A DNA stretch of 64,000 bases, from positions 165,970,789-166,034,788 of the forward strand of contig NC_052156.1 of NCBI RefSeq assembly GCF_902713615.1, written 5' to 3'. The notes below the pieces were generated by a model. It did not search any database, was not told where the DNA came from, and saw nothing but the letters and a program-made list of their open reading frames with translations. Position 1 is the first letter of the stretch. Every line of letters begins with the position of its first letter. The stretch comes from Scyliorhinus canicula (taxonomy: Eukaryota). Below, piece after piece: positions 48,886 through 59,868 of the stretch. The translations under genes were made by a program, and so were the position numbers.

Positions 48886-49335
48886 CTGGGGGCTGTATGT
48901 GGGCACTGGGTGGGTGTGGGCACTGGGGTGTGGGTACGGGGTGGGTGTGGGCAGTGGGGGTTGGGCACTGGGCTGTGGGGCCACTGGGGGGTGGGGGTTG
49001 GGCACTGGGGGGTGGGGCTGTATGTGGGCACTGGGGGGTGTGGGCAGTGGGGGGTTGGGCACTGGGGTGTGGGCAGTGGGGGTTGGGCACTGGGCTGTGG
49101 GGGCACTGGGTGGGGGTTGGGCACTGGGATGTGGGGCTGTATGTGGGCACTGGGGGGTGTGGGTACTGGGTGGGTGTGGGGGTTGGGCACTGGGATGTGG
49201 GGCTGTATGTGGGCACTGGGGGGTGTTTGTACTGGGTGGGTGTGGGCAGTGGGGGTTGGGCACTGGGATGTGGGGCTGTATGTGGGCACTGTGGGGGTGC
49301 TGGTGGGTGGGGTGTATCTGGGCACTGGGGGGTAT
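48886..49335. repeat. G-rich minisatellite (GGGCACTGGG / GGGGCTGTATGT variants) in HSPA14 intron 1
   Basis: Directly visible tandem array. Confidence 0.93.
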
Positions 49336-50032
49336 GTTGACGAGAGATACTAGTGAGTTTTGTTGAGAAAAATGAAGTGTAAGGGAAGCTGACCTGAAGG
49401 CTGCGAAGGTCCAGTCTGCCGTGCTTAACTAGAGACCTCAGTTCTGTATGTTAGAAAGGAAAAGGGGGCATTCTGGAGAATCGGGTAGGACCAAGTAAAC
49501 CGGTAAAGAGAGAAGTTCAGCAAGAAATAAATAGCAAGGGTTTTGGTGTGTGAGTTAGTGACACACGTACTGGGACCAGGAGGTCGATTTGGTAGGGATA
49601 CTTGAGCTGTGACCTGTGCGGCCTTGCCCAGAGGAATAGGATAATAAAAGCAAAATACTGCTGATGCTGGAAATTTGAAATAGAAACAGAAAATGCCAGA
49701 AATATTCCAGTCTGGCAGCATCTGTATAAGAAAACCAAAAGTTTTTTATTTTTCCAATCAAGCGGCAATTTAGCATAGCCAATCCACCTACCCTGCACAT
49801 CTCTCCCCCTCTCTGTTCTATCTTTTACAACTATCTGACCAAGGCAAGAGTGCTACTGACTGAGCCACGGTTCTCATACAAAGGCTGAAAGTTGGTTTGA
49901 TGATCCACTGCACCATCCCATTACTTTCATATTCTTTGAATGCAGTTTTGTTCATGGTTTCTGGCAAGCAGTAACAAAACATTTCTAATGTATTTCTCCT
50001 GTGATATAAAACTTGGATTTGCTTCCTCCTAG

Positions 50033-50113
50033 GATGGTCGAGCAGATGTTGTGGCAAATGATGCAGGTGACCGTGTTACCCCAGCAGTTGTTGCTTACAG
50101 AGAAAATGAGAAG
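50033..50113 (+). CDS. HSPA14: HSPA14 exon 2 ([22 protein letters not shown]...)
   Basis: AG/GT bounded, 81 nt, Hsp70 NBD motif. Confidence 0.96.
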
Positions 50114-50191
50114 GTAATTGAAACCATTTTATATCTTTGACATTGTACACATGGTTGAATTTTGAGTGTCATTATTTGCTTTATTTATTAG

Positions 50192-50274
50192 ATTGTTGGC
50201 TTGGCAGCAAAACATGGTAGAATCAGAAATGCTTCAAACACTATCCTGAAAGTGAAGCAGATTCTTGGCAGACG
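50192..50274 (+). CDS. HSPA14: HSPA14 exon 3 (IVGLAAKHGRIRNASNTILKVKQILGR)
   Basis: AG/GT bounded, 83 nt, frame continuous. Confidence 0.95.
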
Positions 50275-50847
50275 GTAAGAACTGAAATCTTTGTAACTAG
50301 AACTATGTAAATATATCTTTGCTGCCTCGGTGGCAATTGCAGTTCAGATTGTACTGGGAGAAGATGAATTATTTGATGATTTTATACACACTTTATAGTA
50401 AAATGCAACGGCTGCACATTAGCTGGAACTCTCCGGCCGTTGGGATCCTCGTTTCCCGCTGGTAGCGCACCCCCACCTGCGAGCTTCCCGGCAGCCCTAC
50501 CTAACCTGAACATCTTTTGACTGGGAGGAAACCGGAGCACCCGGATCAACCCATGCAGACACAGGGAGAACTCCACATTAACAGTCACCCAAGGCCAGAA
50601 TTGAACCTAGGTTCCTGGTGTTGTGAAGCAGCAGTGCTAACCACTGCCGCCATGCTGCCACACAAATGGACTGAAATCTTAATTAAAAATAAATTATTTG
50701 TCTCTCTAGTAGATGTTTTATATAAATGTTATAATCAGGGGGCACATAATGGCATTTTTTGAAAGTATTTTGCAATTTTATGCATTGACAATCCTTCAAT
50801 TAAATTGTGTCCTTCCATTTCCAAAATTGTTCCTAACTTTTTCCTAG

Positions 50848-50896
50848 TTTTGATGATCCTCAAGTTCAGAAGCATGTGGCTGAAAGTAAATGTTCT
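50848..50896 (+). CDS. HSPA14: HSPA14 exon 4 (FDDPQVQKHVAESKCS)
   Basis: AG/GT bounded, 49 nt, frame continuous. Confidence 0.93.
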
Positions 50897-51156
50897 GTAA
50901 GTATTGACATAAAGTTGGAGATGGCCTACTTTAAAAAGTTCTTTTCATGCTCTAAAGCCCGCTTTCTTAAAAACAAAACCTGAAAATAATTGTATGCTGA
51001 TATTATACTACTAGCTAATTGTTCTTCATTCTTGTCAGTCACCTTGAATACTGATGAGAGAGCATTAATGTGAGCGCAAAATACACTTCTGAAATTAATC
51101 TGCTCCATGAACACTTTGCCTTTATGACATCTAATATCAAGGCTTTGAAATAGTAA

Positions 51157-51240
51157 CAGTAAGAAGTCTTACAACACCAGGTTAAAGTCCAACAGGTTTG
51201 TTTCAAACACGAGCTTTCGGAGCACGGCTCCTTCTTCAGG
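51157..51240 (-). mobile_element. 84-bp Penelope-derived insertion carrying a minimal type I hammerhead core
   Basis: 11-bp TSD TGAAATAGTAA (51146-51156 and 51241-51251). Confidence 0.85.
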
Positions 51241-51242
51241 TG
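51208..51242 (-). ncRNA. Putative minimal hammerhead ribozyme
   Basis: Minus strand CAC-CUGAAGA-A-GGAGC-cgu-GCUCC-GAAA-GCUC/GUG: core boxes, stem II, palindromic AGCU stem III, short stem I. Confidence 0.65.
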
Positions 51243-51565
51243 AAATAGTAAGGCAGCAAAGTTCCAGGACAGAAGTGAGGTCCTATAATTTTTCTGCTGG
51301 AAAGCTGTTACGACTTTATTCAGTGGCTCATAGCAAATATATTTTGATCACTAAAAGATGGCCTTGACGATGCCGTAAATGAAAAAGCATGCCACATTGT
51401 TTTATAAAACCAAAATGCTGGGCGTACTCATCGGGTCAGGCAGCATCCATGGAGAGAATTAACATTTCAGGTGTGTGACCGTTTCACCAGAACAAATCAG
51501 CATTTTGTATTCGGGAGGACAAACCGAGCAATGGTAAAAAGAAAACATTGAGAGTATTCACTGTA

Positions 51566-51740
51566 AATAATAATAATCGCTTATTGTCACAAGTAGGCTT
51601 CAATGAAGTTACTGTGAAAAGCCCCTAGTCGCCACATTCCGGCGCCTGTTCGGGGAGGTTGGTACGGGAATTGAACCTGCGCTGCTAGCCTTGTTCTGCA
51701 TTACAAGTCAGCTGTTTAGCCCACTGTGCTAAACCAGCCC
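51566..51740 (-). mobile_element. Short tRNA SINE
   Basis: Same family as 9226-9414. Confidence 0.85.
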
Positions 51741-52040
51741 TGTTAATAGATAACTGTTCAGAACACAACCTAGCTAAAGTGTTGGTGGGGTCACATTGCA
51801 GGGGATATGTCCCTCCCCTTTGCAGCACCATACAATGGCTTTAGAGCATTTATGCTCAAATGGAAACAATAATAATTGCACTGACTGTGATACTTGCATA
51901 TACAGGAAGTACCTGCTGGTGATGACTTTACTAAAATATTATTTTTCATACCAGTACCTTAGCCAAAGGGAGGAGTAAAAGACTAGACTTTCAACTTAAC
52001 ATTACAAGAGTGACCAGGGAAGTCATGCTTGTACTGTAGT

Positions 52041-52349
52041 GGGCAGCATGGTAGCACAGTGATTAGCACTGTTGCTTCACAGCGCCAGTGTCCCAGGTTC
52101 GATTCCTGGCTTGGGTCACTGTCTGTGTGGAGTCTGCGCGTTCTCCCTGTGTCTGCGTGGGTTTCCTCCGGGTGCTCCGGTTTCCTCTCTCAAGTCCTGA
52201 AAGACGTGCTGTTAGATGAATTGGACATTCTGAATTCTTCCTCTCTGTACCCGAACAGGGACTGGAATGTAGTGACTAGGGGGTTTTCACAGTAGCTTCA
52301 TCGCAGTGTTAATGTAAGCCTGCTTGTGACAATAATGAAGATTACTATT
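52041..52349 (+). mobile_element. Full V-SINE
   Basis: A/B boxes, V-domain, shared tail. Confidence 0.9.
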
Positions 52350-52496
52350 GAAAAATTAGTCTGCTAAACATACAGGATTTGTCATGGAACATCAAAAATG
52401 TTTACAGCTTGCAGCTGTTGCAATCGTTCTGTTGCTCAGAATTAATGATGTTGTAATTGGACCCTGGCTGCGTTGTCTTTTTCAATGTTTAAACAG

Positions 52497-52602
52497 GTTA
52501 TTGATAAGGATGGCAAACCCACTTACGAGATTGATACTGGGGAAGAGCTCAAGATTGTCCCTCCAGAAGAAGTAATGAAGTTGATTTTTGAAAAAACGAA
52601 AG
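52497..52602 (+). CDS. HSPA14: HSPA14 exon 5 (VIDKDGKPTYEIDTGEE...KTK), GC donor
   Basis: aacAG acceptor; AAG|GCGAGT donor gives 106 nt and keeps frame with exon 6. Confidence 0.9.
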
Positions 52603-53419
52603 GCGAGTATGATTCTGCTTTCAGAGGGGAAATGTGTCTTAAATTTTGCTTACATTCAAAAATGACCAGGCTTCAACAGAGACTTAATCGTGGCTCGAGG
52701 GAAGGGTCTGTCTTGGCCATACAGCATTGAGTAGTAAAGGAGGCCTATACCATGGCAATGGGTGTGTTATGTAAATTGTGTTTGTGTGAGTTCAAGCTAC
52801 TTCACTAGGAAGTAGACAAACGCTTAGGAACAGCTGAAATGTTTTTAGGAACTAACTTGCAACGTTGCTAGGAACATAAAGTGGCATCCGTATAATGAGC
52901 ATTGTGATTTTAATCTGAGAATTAGGAGACCTGTTGCCTACAGCATCAAGACGGTATTCAACAGAATATGGCACCAAAGAGCCCCAATAAAATTCAAGTT
53001 CCTGGGTGTCATATCAAAGCCTATCTACTAGCTAAAATCATAACTGACGTAAAGGAAGATTATCCCAGTTGTCAGAAACCACTCGCCATCCTGACTTGAG
53101 CATCTATTGTTCTTCCGTCACCATGTCTGGGACAGAATTCTGGAGTTCCCGATCAGAACACTGCAGAGGGAGCCATCATCACAACAATGGCTCCTGAGGA
53201 AGAGACTCTGCACAATAAGTCAGCCTTTGCAAGCACTGCCCACATCTGGAGAACAAATATAAATTAAACCCCCAAAATTCAGGAACCTGAACTGTTGTGA
53301 AGTGGAACAGTGATGATCGCACTGCAATGGGCATTCTAAAAGGTTTTGATCCTGTGATGTCTGTATTCTAGTCTGGCAGGAGAAAAAAGAGCGACTTCTT
53401 GTGTATCATAACCATGGGA

Positions 53420-53800
53420 CTTTACAGCCAATGAAATACTTTTGAAATGTTGTCATTGTTGTAGAGTAGGAAATGCATCAGCCAATTTGCACACAAGCAG
53501 CTGCCACAGACAGCAATGTGATATTCACCAGATTCTTGTTTCTGTGATATAGATTAAGGGACAAACATTGATGGGACGCCAGGGATAACTCCCTTGTTCT
53601 TTTGAATTAGTGCCAAGGGATCTTTTACGTTCACCTGAGATTTCAGACAGCAACTCAGTTTAACTCCTCATTCAAATGACAGGACCTCCAACAGTGTAGC
53701 ACTCCCTCACTACTTCGCTAGAGCAATAGCCCAGATCTTTGTCCTACTGTGGGGCTTGAACCCATAACCTTCTGTCTTGGGTGAGACTGAGTCACGACAG
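53420..53800 (-). mobile_element. Deu-SINE (SacSINE1-like) in HSPA14 intron 5
   Basis: Deu-domain-like core plus tRNA-like head (GGTTCAAGCCCCAC). Confidence 0.7.
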
Positions 53801-53985
53801 ATATTCGTATTCAAGGCTGAAGTTAAAGTAAATAAACAAAGGATGGAACCTATGGTAGCCAGCATGACAGTCGTTGTGGGATGCAGGGTTAATAAGGGAT
53901 ATATTTTGAGATTCAATAACTTGGTTTTCAGCATTTTCAAGTTTATATTTCTGTTGCTAAATTGAATTTATTTTTATGTTAACAG

Positions 53986-54076
53986 AAACAGCACAATCCG
54001 CATTGGGCTCTGCTGTAAATGATGTTGTCATAACCGTCCCACTGGACTTTGGAAAGAACCAGAAAAATGTTCTGAG
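53986..54076 (+). CDS. HSPA14: HSPA14 exon 6 ([23 protein letters not shown]...)
   Basis: AG/GT bounded, 91 nt, VVITVP motif. Confidence 0.95.
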
Positions 54077-54327
54077 GTAAATGAGGTAGACCTTCATCTG
54101 TCCAGCCGCAAAAGGTTCAAACTGATCGACCTACTTTCCATTAGTCAGTGCGTTTAAACACTTGCCACCTTTTTGTTGGTTCACATCTTTACATTTCATT
54201 CATTTCTGATTTCTTTTATGTGACATTCTCCCAGGTTAAATGAGTGTTTTTTATTTTCTCCCTGTGTACTGCAGTGAATAGTTGGCTAACGTTGACCAGT
54301 TTAATGTGATATGCTCTGTTTGTGTAG

Positions 54328-54432
54328 ACAGGCAGCCCAGGCGGCTGGTTTCAATGTTTTGCGGTTGATTCACGAACCTGCAGCAGCTCTTCTTGCATTT
54401 GGAGTTGGACAGGAGTCACCTGCTGAGAAAAG
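54328..54432 (+). CDS. HSPA14: HSPA14 exon 7 ([24 protein letters not shown]...)
   Basis: AG/GT bounded, 105 nt, Hsp70 EPxAA motif. Confidence 0.96.
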
Positions 54433-54849
54433 GTAGTTTATTGTAACAGTCCAAACAAGAGAAGAATTTTGACATTTGCTTGTCTCTAAGCTGTCCCTTT
54501 ATGATCAATATTCAAAACACTTAAGTAGAACGTCATGGAATCTTTATATTTAGTTGTAGTTATATAAATATTTGCATATAATTTTGTTACTTCCAGTCTT
54601 GTGAATTGAGATGGGACTTTATTATTTTTAGAAATTGACTGTCTTACGAGATGATTCATGTACAAATCAAATCTATTACAGTCTGTTTAGCTTTATTCAT
54701 TTGCATACTTCAAAGCAATATTATTTGCACTTAATATTGCTGATTATCCCAACTTAATGTGGTTTTCAGTTATGTAAGTGTGTTTTGAGCAAGCTAAGCT
54801 GGAAAACCTGACTATTTTGTATGATATATTTTTTTCTATCCATTTATAG

Positions 54850-55011
54850 TAATGCACTGGTTTATAAACTTGGTGGATCATCACTGTCTGTTACAATAGC
54901 AGAGGTAAATAGTGGCATGTACAGAGTCCTTGCCTCTCATACCAATGACAACATAGGAGGAGAGTGTTTCACAGACGCCTTGGCACAGTATTTAGCTTCG
55001 GAATTTCAGAG
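54850..55011 (+). CDS. HSPA14: HSPA14 exon 8 ([14 protein letters not shown]...[20 protein letters not shown])
   Basis: AG/GT bounded, 162 nt. Confidence 0.96.
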
Positions 55012-55107
55012 GTAAGAGTTTGCATAGCAGGAATACAGAACACGATGGATCACTTTCAACACTTTCGATATTCCTGCAAGATTAAAACTGTAAACTTTTT
55101 TTAATAG

Positions 55108-55263
55108 GTTGTTGAGGCACGATATAAAGAACAACACGAGAGCCATGATGAAGCTTGTTAATAGTGCTGACGTTGCAAAACATACATTGTCAACTCTGGA
55201 AAGTTCAAACTGTTTTGTAGATTCACTTCATGAAGGCTTAGACTTTGATTGCAGTGTCTCCAG
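55108..55263 (+). CDS. HSPA14: HSPA14 exon 9 ([20 protein letters not shown]...[15 protein letters not shown])
   Basis: AG/GT bounded, 156 nt. Confidence 0.96.
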
Positions 55264-56475
55264 GTATGTATATAGTTAGTTGTATTAGGCCAAGAGATAT
55301 GTTGGTGTTGAATGTTGGCTCTGACTATAGTTTAGGCCTCCCTAAAGGCTGCTTTCTAGCCTTATGGCATCAGGCCCAAAGACAAAAGGAGTGAATGACC
55401 TCTTCTTACATCATGATTCTATATCCACATTTGACTTTCCTTGGTGCCTGCATTTTGCTAGTTATGTATTTCCTAGGTTTGCCTCCATTTTGAGGTGGTG
55501 AGGAAGAGGGACTCCCACTTTCCACCATTGATCATGGGACGATGTTGAGTTAGTTGGAGTAGTCTGTGCCCCCGTTACCAAATCCACTATCGACGGTAAA
55601 GCGCAAAAGTCTTCTCCCCCCCAACCATGCCAGGACGAATCTCCTGGATTCCCTAGTTGGCTAAAGGATGTGTCTCTTCAACCAGAGTCTGTCTTCTCTC
55701 CCACATTGTGCTTCGGAAGCTTGCAGAGAGCTTGCAGCTTCTCCCTGCTGACCAAACTAACTGCAATATTTTCCCCTCTCTCTCAATCTCTCTCTCTCTC
55801 TCTCTCTCTCCCTCTCTCTGCTGCCATAAAAGTCTATTTGTTGTCAGCATAACTGCCCTTGCCTTTTTTTCCAGGTGTGAGAATTTTGAACCTTGCTCAG
55901 CGAGTCTTTTGACTTGGGGGACCCTCTTGGTCCCTGTAGCAATCGAATGCCCAGGCTTCTTGTTGGGCAGAATTCTAAGCATGTATCATAACCCCTCCCC
56001 CCTCACTGTTGCATTATACCATAAACAGATTGTTCAAAACAACAATCTTTTGTAACCTCCCAATCCTAATAATTCCCCATGGTTGGTGACAACACTGCTA
56101 TGGAAAATAGGTCCTTCCTGTCCACTCCAGGTCGGCCCTCGATAAATCTTCCCTCCATATCCCCCATCCTAATAGGCCAATGAAAGACCATGGTGTTTCT
56201 ACTGTTAATTTTGGCACTAATGTTCTGTTCTGGATTTTCTGATTGCAACAATTCGATATTTCCTCATCCTGTACCATGAAGTCATTTTGGAACTGTCTTC
56301 GTAGTTAACATTAAGAAATTGCGACCTTAAAATAGAAACACAGTTAACGACCTGGATGAAATGTGTTATACTGACTATTCCGTTCATGTACAACAGATCT
56401 AGAAGCTATCTAACCTCTACAGCATTAGAAATTGAAATCTTTTGTGAAAAGTAGACATGTGTATCTTGATTTTAG

Positions 56476-56578
56476 AGCAAGATTCGAATCGGTATGCTCT
56501 GCGTTGTTCAATCAAAGTGTCCAACCTATTCGGAAGCTTGTGGAAGAAGCTGGACTTTCCAGCAGCGACATCTCAAAG
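56476..56578 (+). CDS. HSPA14: HSPA14 exon 10 (ARFESVCSALFNQSVQPIRKLVEEAGLSSSDISK)
   Basis: AG/GT bounded, 103 nt. Confidence 0.95.
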
Positions 56579-57162
56579 GTTTGTGCAGAGATGTTGAAAC
56601 ATAACGTTGACCTGAACCTGTGATCATCAAACTTTTTTTTTGTCTGTGGGCCACTTAAGCAGGGCAAAAAACCTGATGGACCACTGACTGGTCCTTCACT
56701 TGCCAGCACACAAATAATGAGAGCTTATGGAAGTGATAGATATTTTGTTGCTTTTTTGCTACTGAAGGTGATTTAATTTTTATTAAATATCATAAGTAAA
56801 TTATGTCAGAACTGATGGACATTTTCAAATCCACATTAAGATTGCAAGAGAAGCAGTTTATTTGAAGAATTCTAATATGTTATAAAATCGTCATCTGAGA
56901 AACAATAACATCTTGCATATAGATCTATGTTGATGTTTTCTGCACTTGTGACGGTTCGTGCTGTGTGTATGGGAGAACCGATGTTGTTTGACATTGCGAT
57001 GGATGTTAATGCTGAGAAATGGTGCACATTTCCTTGGACAACATAAAGCACTCACAATATAGCCATAGGGCCAATTCAGAGTAACTGTTATTTACTTTGC
57101 TCCAGCAAGTGACAGAAGAGCCACCCCAATTGCCCCAGTACCGTATTTTTCAATGTCTTTGA

Positions 57163-57497
57163 CAGCTAGCATAGTGGTTAGCACAGTTGCTTCACAGCTC
57201 CAGGGTCCCAGGTTCGATTCCCAGCTTGGGTCACTGTCTGTGCGGAGTCTGCACGTCCTCCCCGTGTGTGCGTGGGTTTCGTCCGGGTGCTGCGGTTTCC
57301 TCCCACAGTCCGAAGATGTGCAGGTTGGGTGGATTGGCCATGCTAAATTGCCCTTAGTGTCCAAAAAATGTTAAGTGGGGGTTACTGGGTTACGGGGGTA
57401 GGGTAGATACGTGGGCTTCAGTAGGGTGCTCTTTGTAAGCTCTGGTGCAGACTCGATGGGCCCAATGGCCTCTTTCTGCACTGTAAATTTTATGATT
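57163..57497 (+). mobile_element. HE1-like V-SINE with CR1-type tail
   Basis: Full head, V-domain, ...CTGCACTGTAAATT(T)TATG. Confidence 0.9.
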
Positions 57498-58403
57498 CTT
57501 GTGGGCGCAGTGTGTGATTGGCATTCGGAGTGGTTTTTGTCTAAATGCAAACCGTGACACTGTCAGCAGGATATTTGACTGCAGGAAGCGTCACATCCGA
57601 GCTGTTCCAGTGTGCTTCCCTGGCTGTTAGCACCAACCTCATCAGTAAAGACTGGCGACACACTTTCAATGGAAAATGGGAGGAAATTAGACAATTGGGC
57701 CCCTGCTTATGTGGCACTCTCTGACTGTGTTGATGGCAGTATAAAAATGACAAGGCCTCTCTTCCCCTCTCCTCCGAAAACAAATTGCGAGACTGAGGGT
57801 GGGGGAAAAGACAGTAACGGCCAACAAAGAAAGCTTTTCAGCACAACATCCTGAGATGAAAATAATCCAGGTCCAAGCGGTAAAAAGATTTGAACTATAG
57901 TCAATTTGTGATATAATTGTAAAGATAGAGTTTAACCTGTACCCTGTCAACAGGTGGGATATCTGATTAACAGATCATATACTGGTGCAAGCAATCCTCT
58001 TTCTGATGTTGGTTTAAGCACTATTGATATTCTTCAGAAAAAACTAGAAAATAGAACTGGGAGTAGTTTACTTGGCCCTTAGAACCTGCTCCATCATTCA
58101 CTATGATCGTGGCCGATCCTCTATCTCAAAAAGTTGTTTTGCCATACGCTCCCCGTACCCTGTGGTGTCAAAGAATGTGAATGGGATGGAATACTCTCCA
58201 CTTGTTTGGATGAGTGCAGCTCCAACAACACGCAAGAAGCTCAACGCCATCCAGGACCAAGTAGCCTGTTTGATTGGCATCCCATTCATTATCATGAATG
58301 TTCATTCCTCCACCACCAACACACAGTGACAGCCGTGTGTACCATCTACAAGATGCACTGCAGCAACTCACCAAGGCTCCTTGGGAGAGGTGGTGGTGGT
58401 GGT

Positions 58404-58436
<33 letters not shown>

Positions 58437-58982
58437 ACCTGGACTTAATAATGGCCCCTCCCGACTCAAAGTTAAATTTAAACATTGTTTAAAACATACA
58501 TGCCAGTGTTTGCATGCTGCAGTTCTGGTGTGGAGGTTTGACCTTTTTGTTGCATTAACAGGCAGCATTGCAGTATTTTATGCATTTATGGCAGATTGCT
58601 GAGGATTCTGGGGGAGTACACACCCACCTCAGTTTAGTATTTGTTTTAGAATTATATTTATTCAAATATTTTGCTGAACAAATTAGATTAAAGCTGATTT
58701 TCGGATTACAAATACTCAATTTTATTTTGACCCAAAAGTGCACATTTAGCTGGGATTAATTTTACCAATTTTTTGGCGGGAGAGAGACGGGACAGAATCG
58801 GAGACAGAATATTTGTTTCAAAAATTCATGATCTATTAAATGACTGCCTATCCTCCTTTACTTCTGTCTTATAAGTCGTTGTCTAACCCTGAAAACCAGA
58901 AACTTTATCTATTAGACTGGTTTAGTCTCTCCTAATTCTTCAAGTGTTTTAAGATCTATTTTCTTTCATTCGTTGCTTTTAG

Positions 58983-59198
58983 GTTGTACTTTGTGGGGGC
59001 TCTGCTCGTATTCCAAAATTGCAGCAAATGATTCGAGATCTGTTCCCAGATGTTGATTTGTTGAACTCCATCCCCGCCGATGAGGTGATAGCTGTTGGTG
59101 CAGCTATCGAGGCTGCACTGCTGTTGGGAAAGGAGAACAATTCATTAGAGGAAGCTTCTGTCATTGTGGAGTGCTCCGCACGAAACATTGTGGCTAAG
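58983..59198 (+). CDS. HSPA14: HSPA14 exon 11 ([22 protein letters not shown]...[12 protein letters not shown]...)
   Basis: AG/GT bounded, 216 nt, GGSxRIP motif. Confidence 0.97.
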
Positions 59199-59694
59199 GT
59201 ATTAAAATCTCTGATCCCAGAAAACCCCCAAAAAAAACCTATTAGAACATCTTGATATTGTTTTCATTTCTGTATTTTATTATCTAAATCACACATTTGT
59301 GCAATCAATGATTGACCAATAGTATTTTATTAAAACCAGTGCATCATGGGCTGTATTTATTTGTCACTTGCCTTTAGTTCTGCCCTTTGATTTGTTAACT
59401 GTGCTACCTTTCATGCTTCATTTACCATAATAAGATCCATGGAGCTTAATGCTATGCACAAGTCTCAGTTCCAAATGACTAACGTTCTGGCTTGTCAAAG
59501 TCAAATAACGTTGTTCTCAATGCTTTTATGAAGAATCCTCTATTGCTTTGGTGGGGAAATTGAAAATTGTTCTTTCTATCTGTTGATAAAAATGTTGAGA
59601 TAATTTACCTTTTCTACTACAGCATCTTCAGCATCTCCATGGACACGTTATAGGCAGTTCCTTCCATATTATTTTATCCTATGTTTTTCTGCAG

Positions 59695-59868
59695 GAGAGT
59701 AACGAGTCTGGATCTGACACCTACAAGGTAGTGTTTCCATCAGGTACTCCGCTACCAGCAAGAAAGCATCATGCATTTCAGGCGCCAGGAAATGCCTCCT
59801 CTGTCTGCCTCGAGCTGTACGAATCTGGTGAAAAAGGATGTGAACAAGAAAGAAACAAATTGGCGCAG
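59695..59868 (+). CDS. HSPA14: HSPA14 exon 12 (VFPSGTPLPARKHH...SSVCLELYE)
   Basis: AG/GT bounded, 174 nt. Confidence 0.95.

Noticed and set aside
48621-49366. Pro/His/Thr-rich or Gly/Trp-rich ORFs
   Set aside because: Translations of the HSPA14 intron 1 minisatellite; only 48767-48823 is exonic.
58404-58435. Long poly-G runs (also 45051-45075)
   Set aside because: Simple homopolymers of unreliable length, possibly sequencing artefacts.
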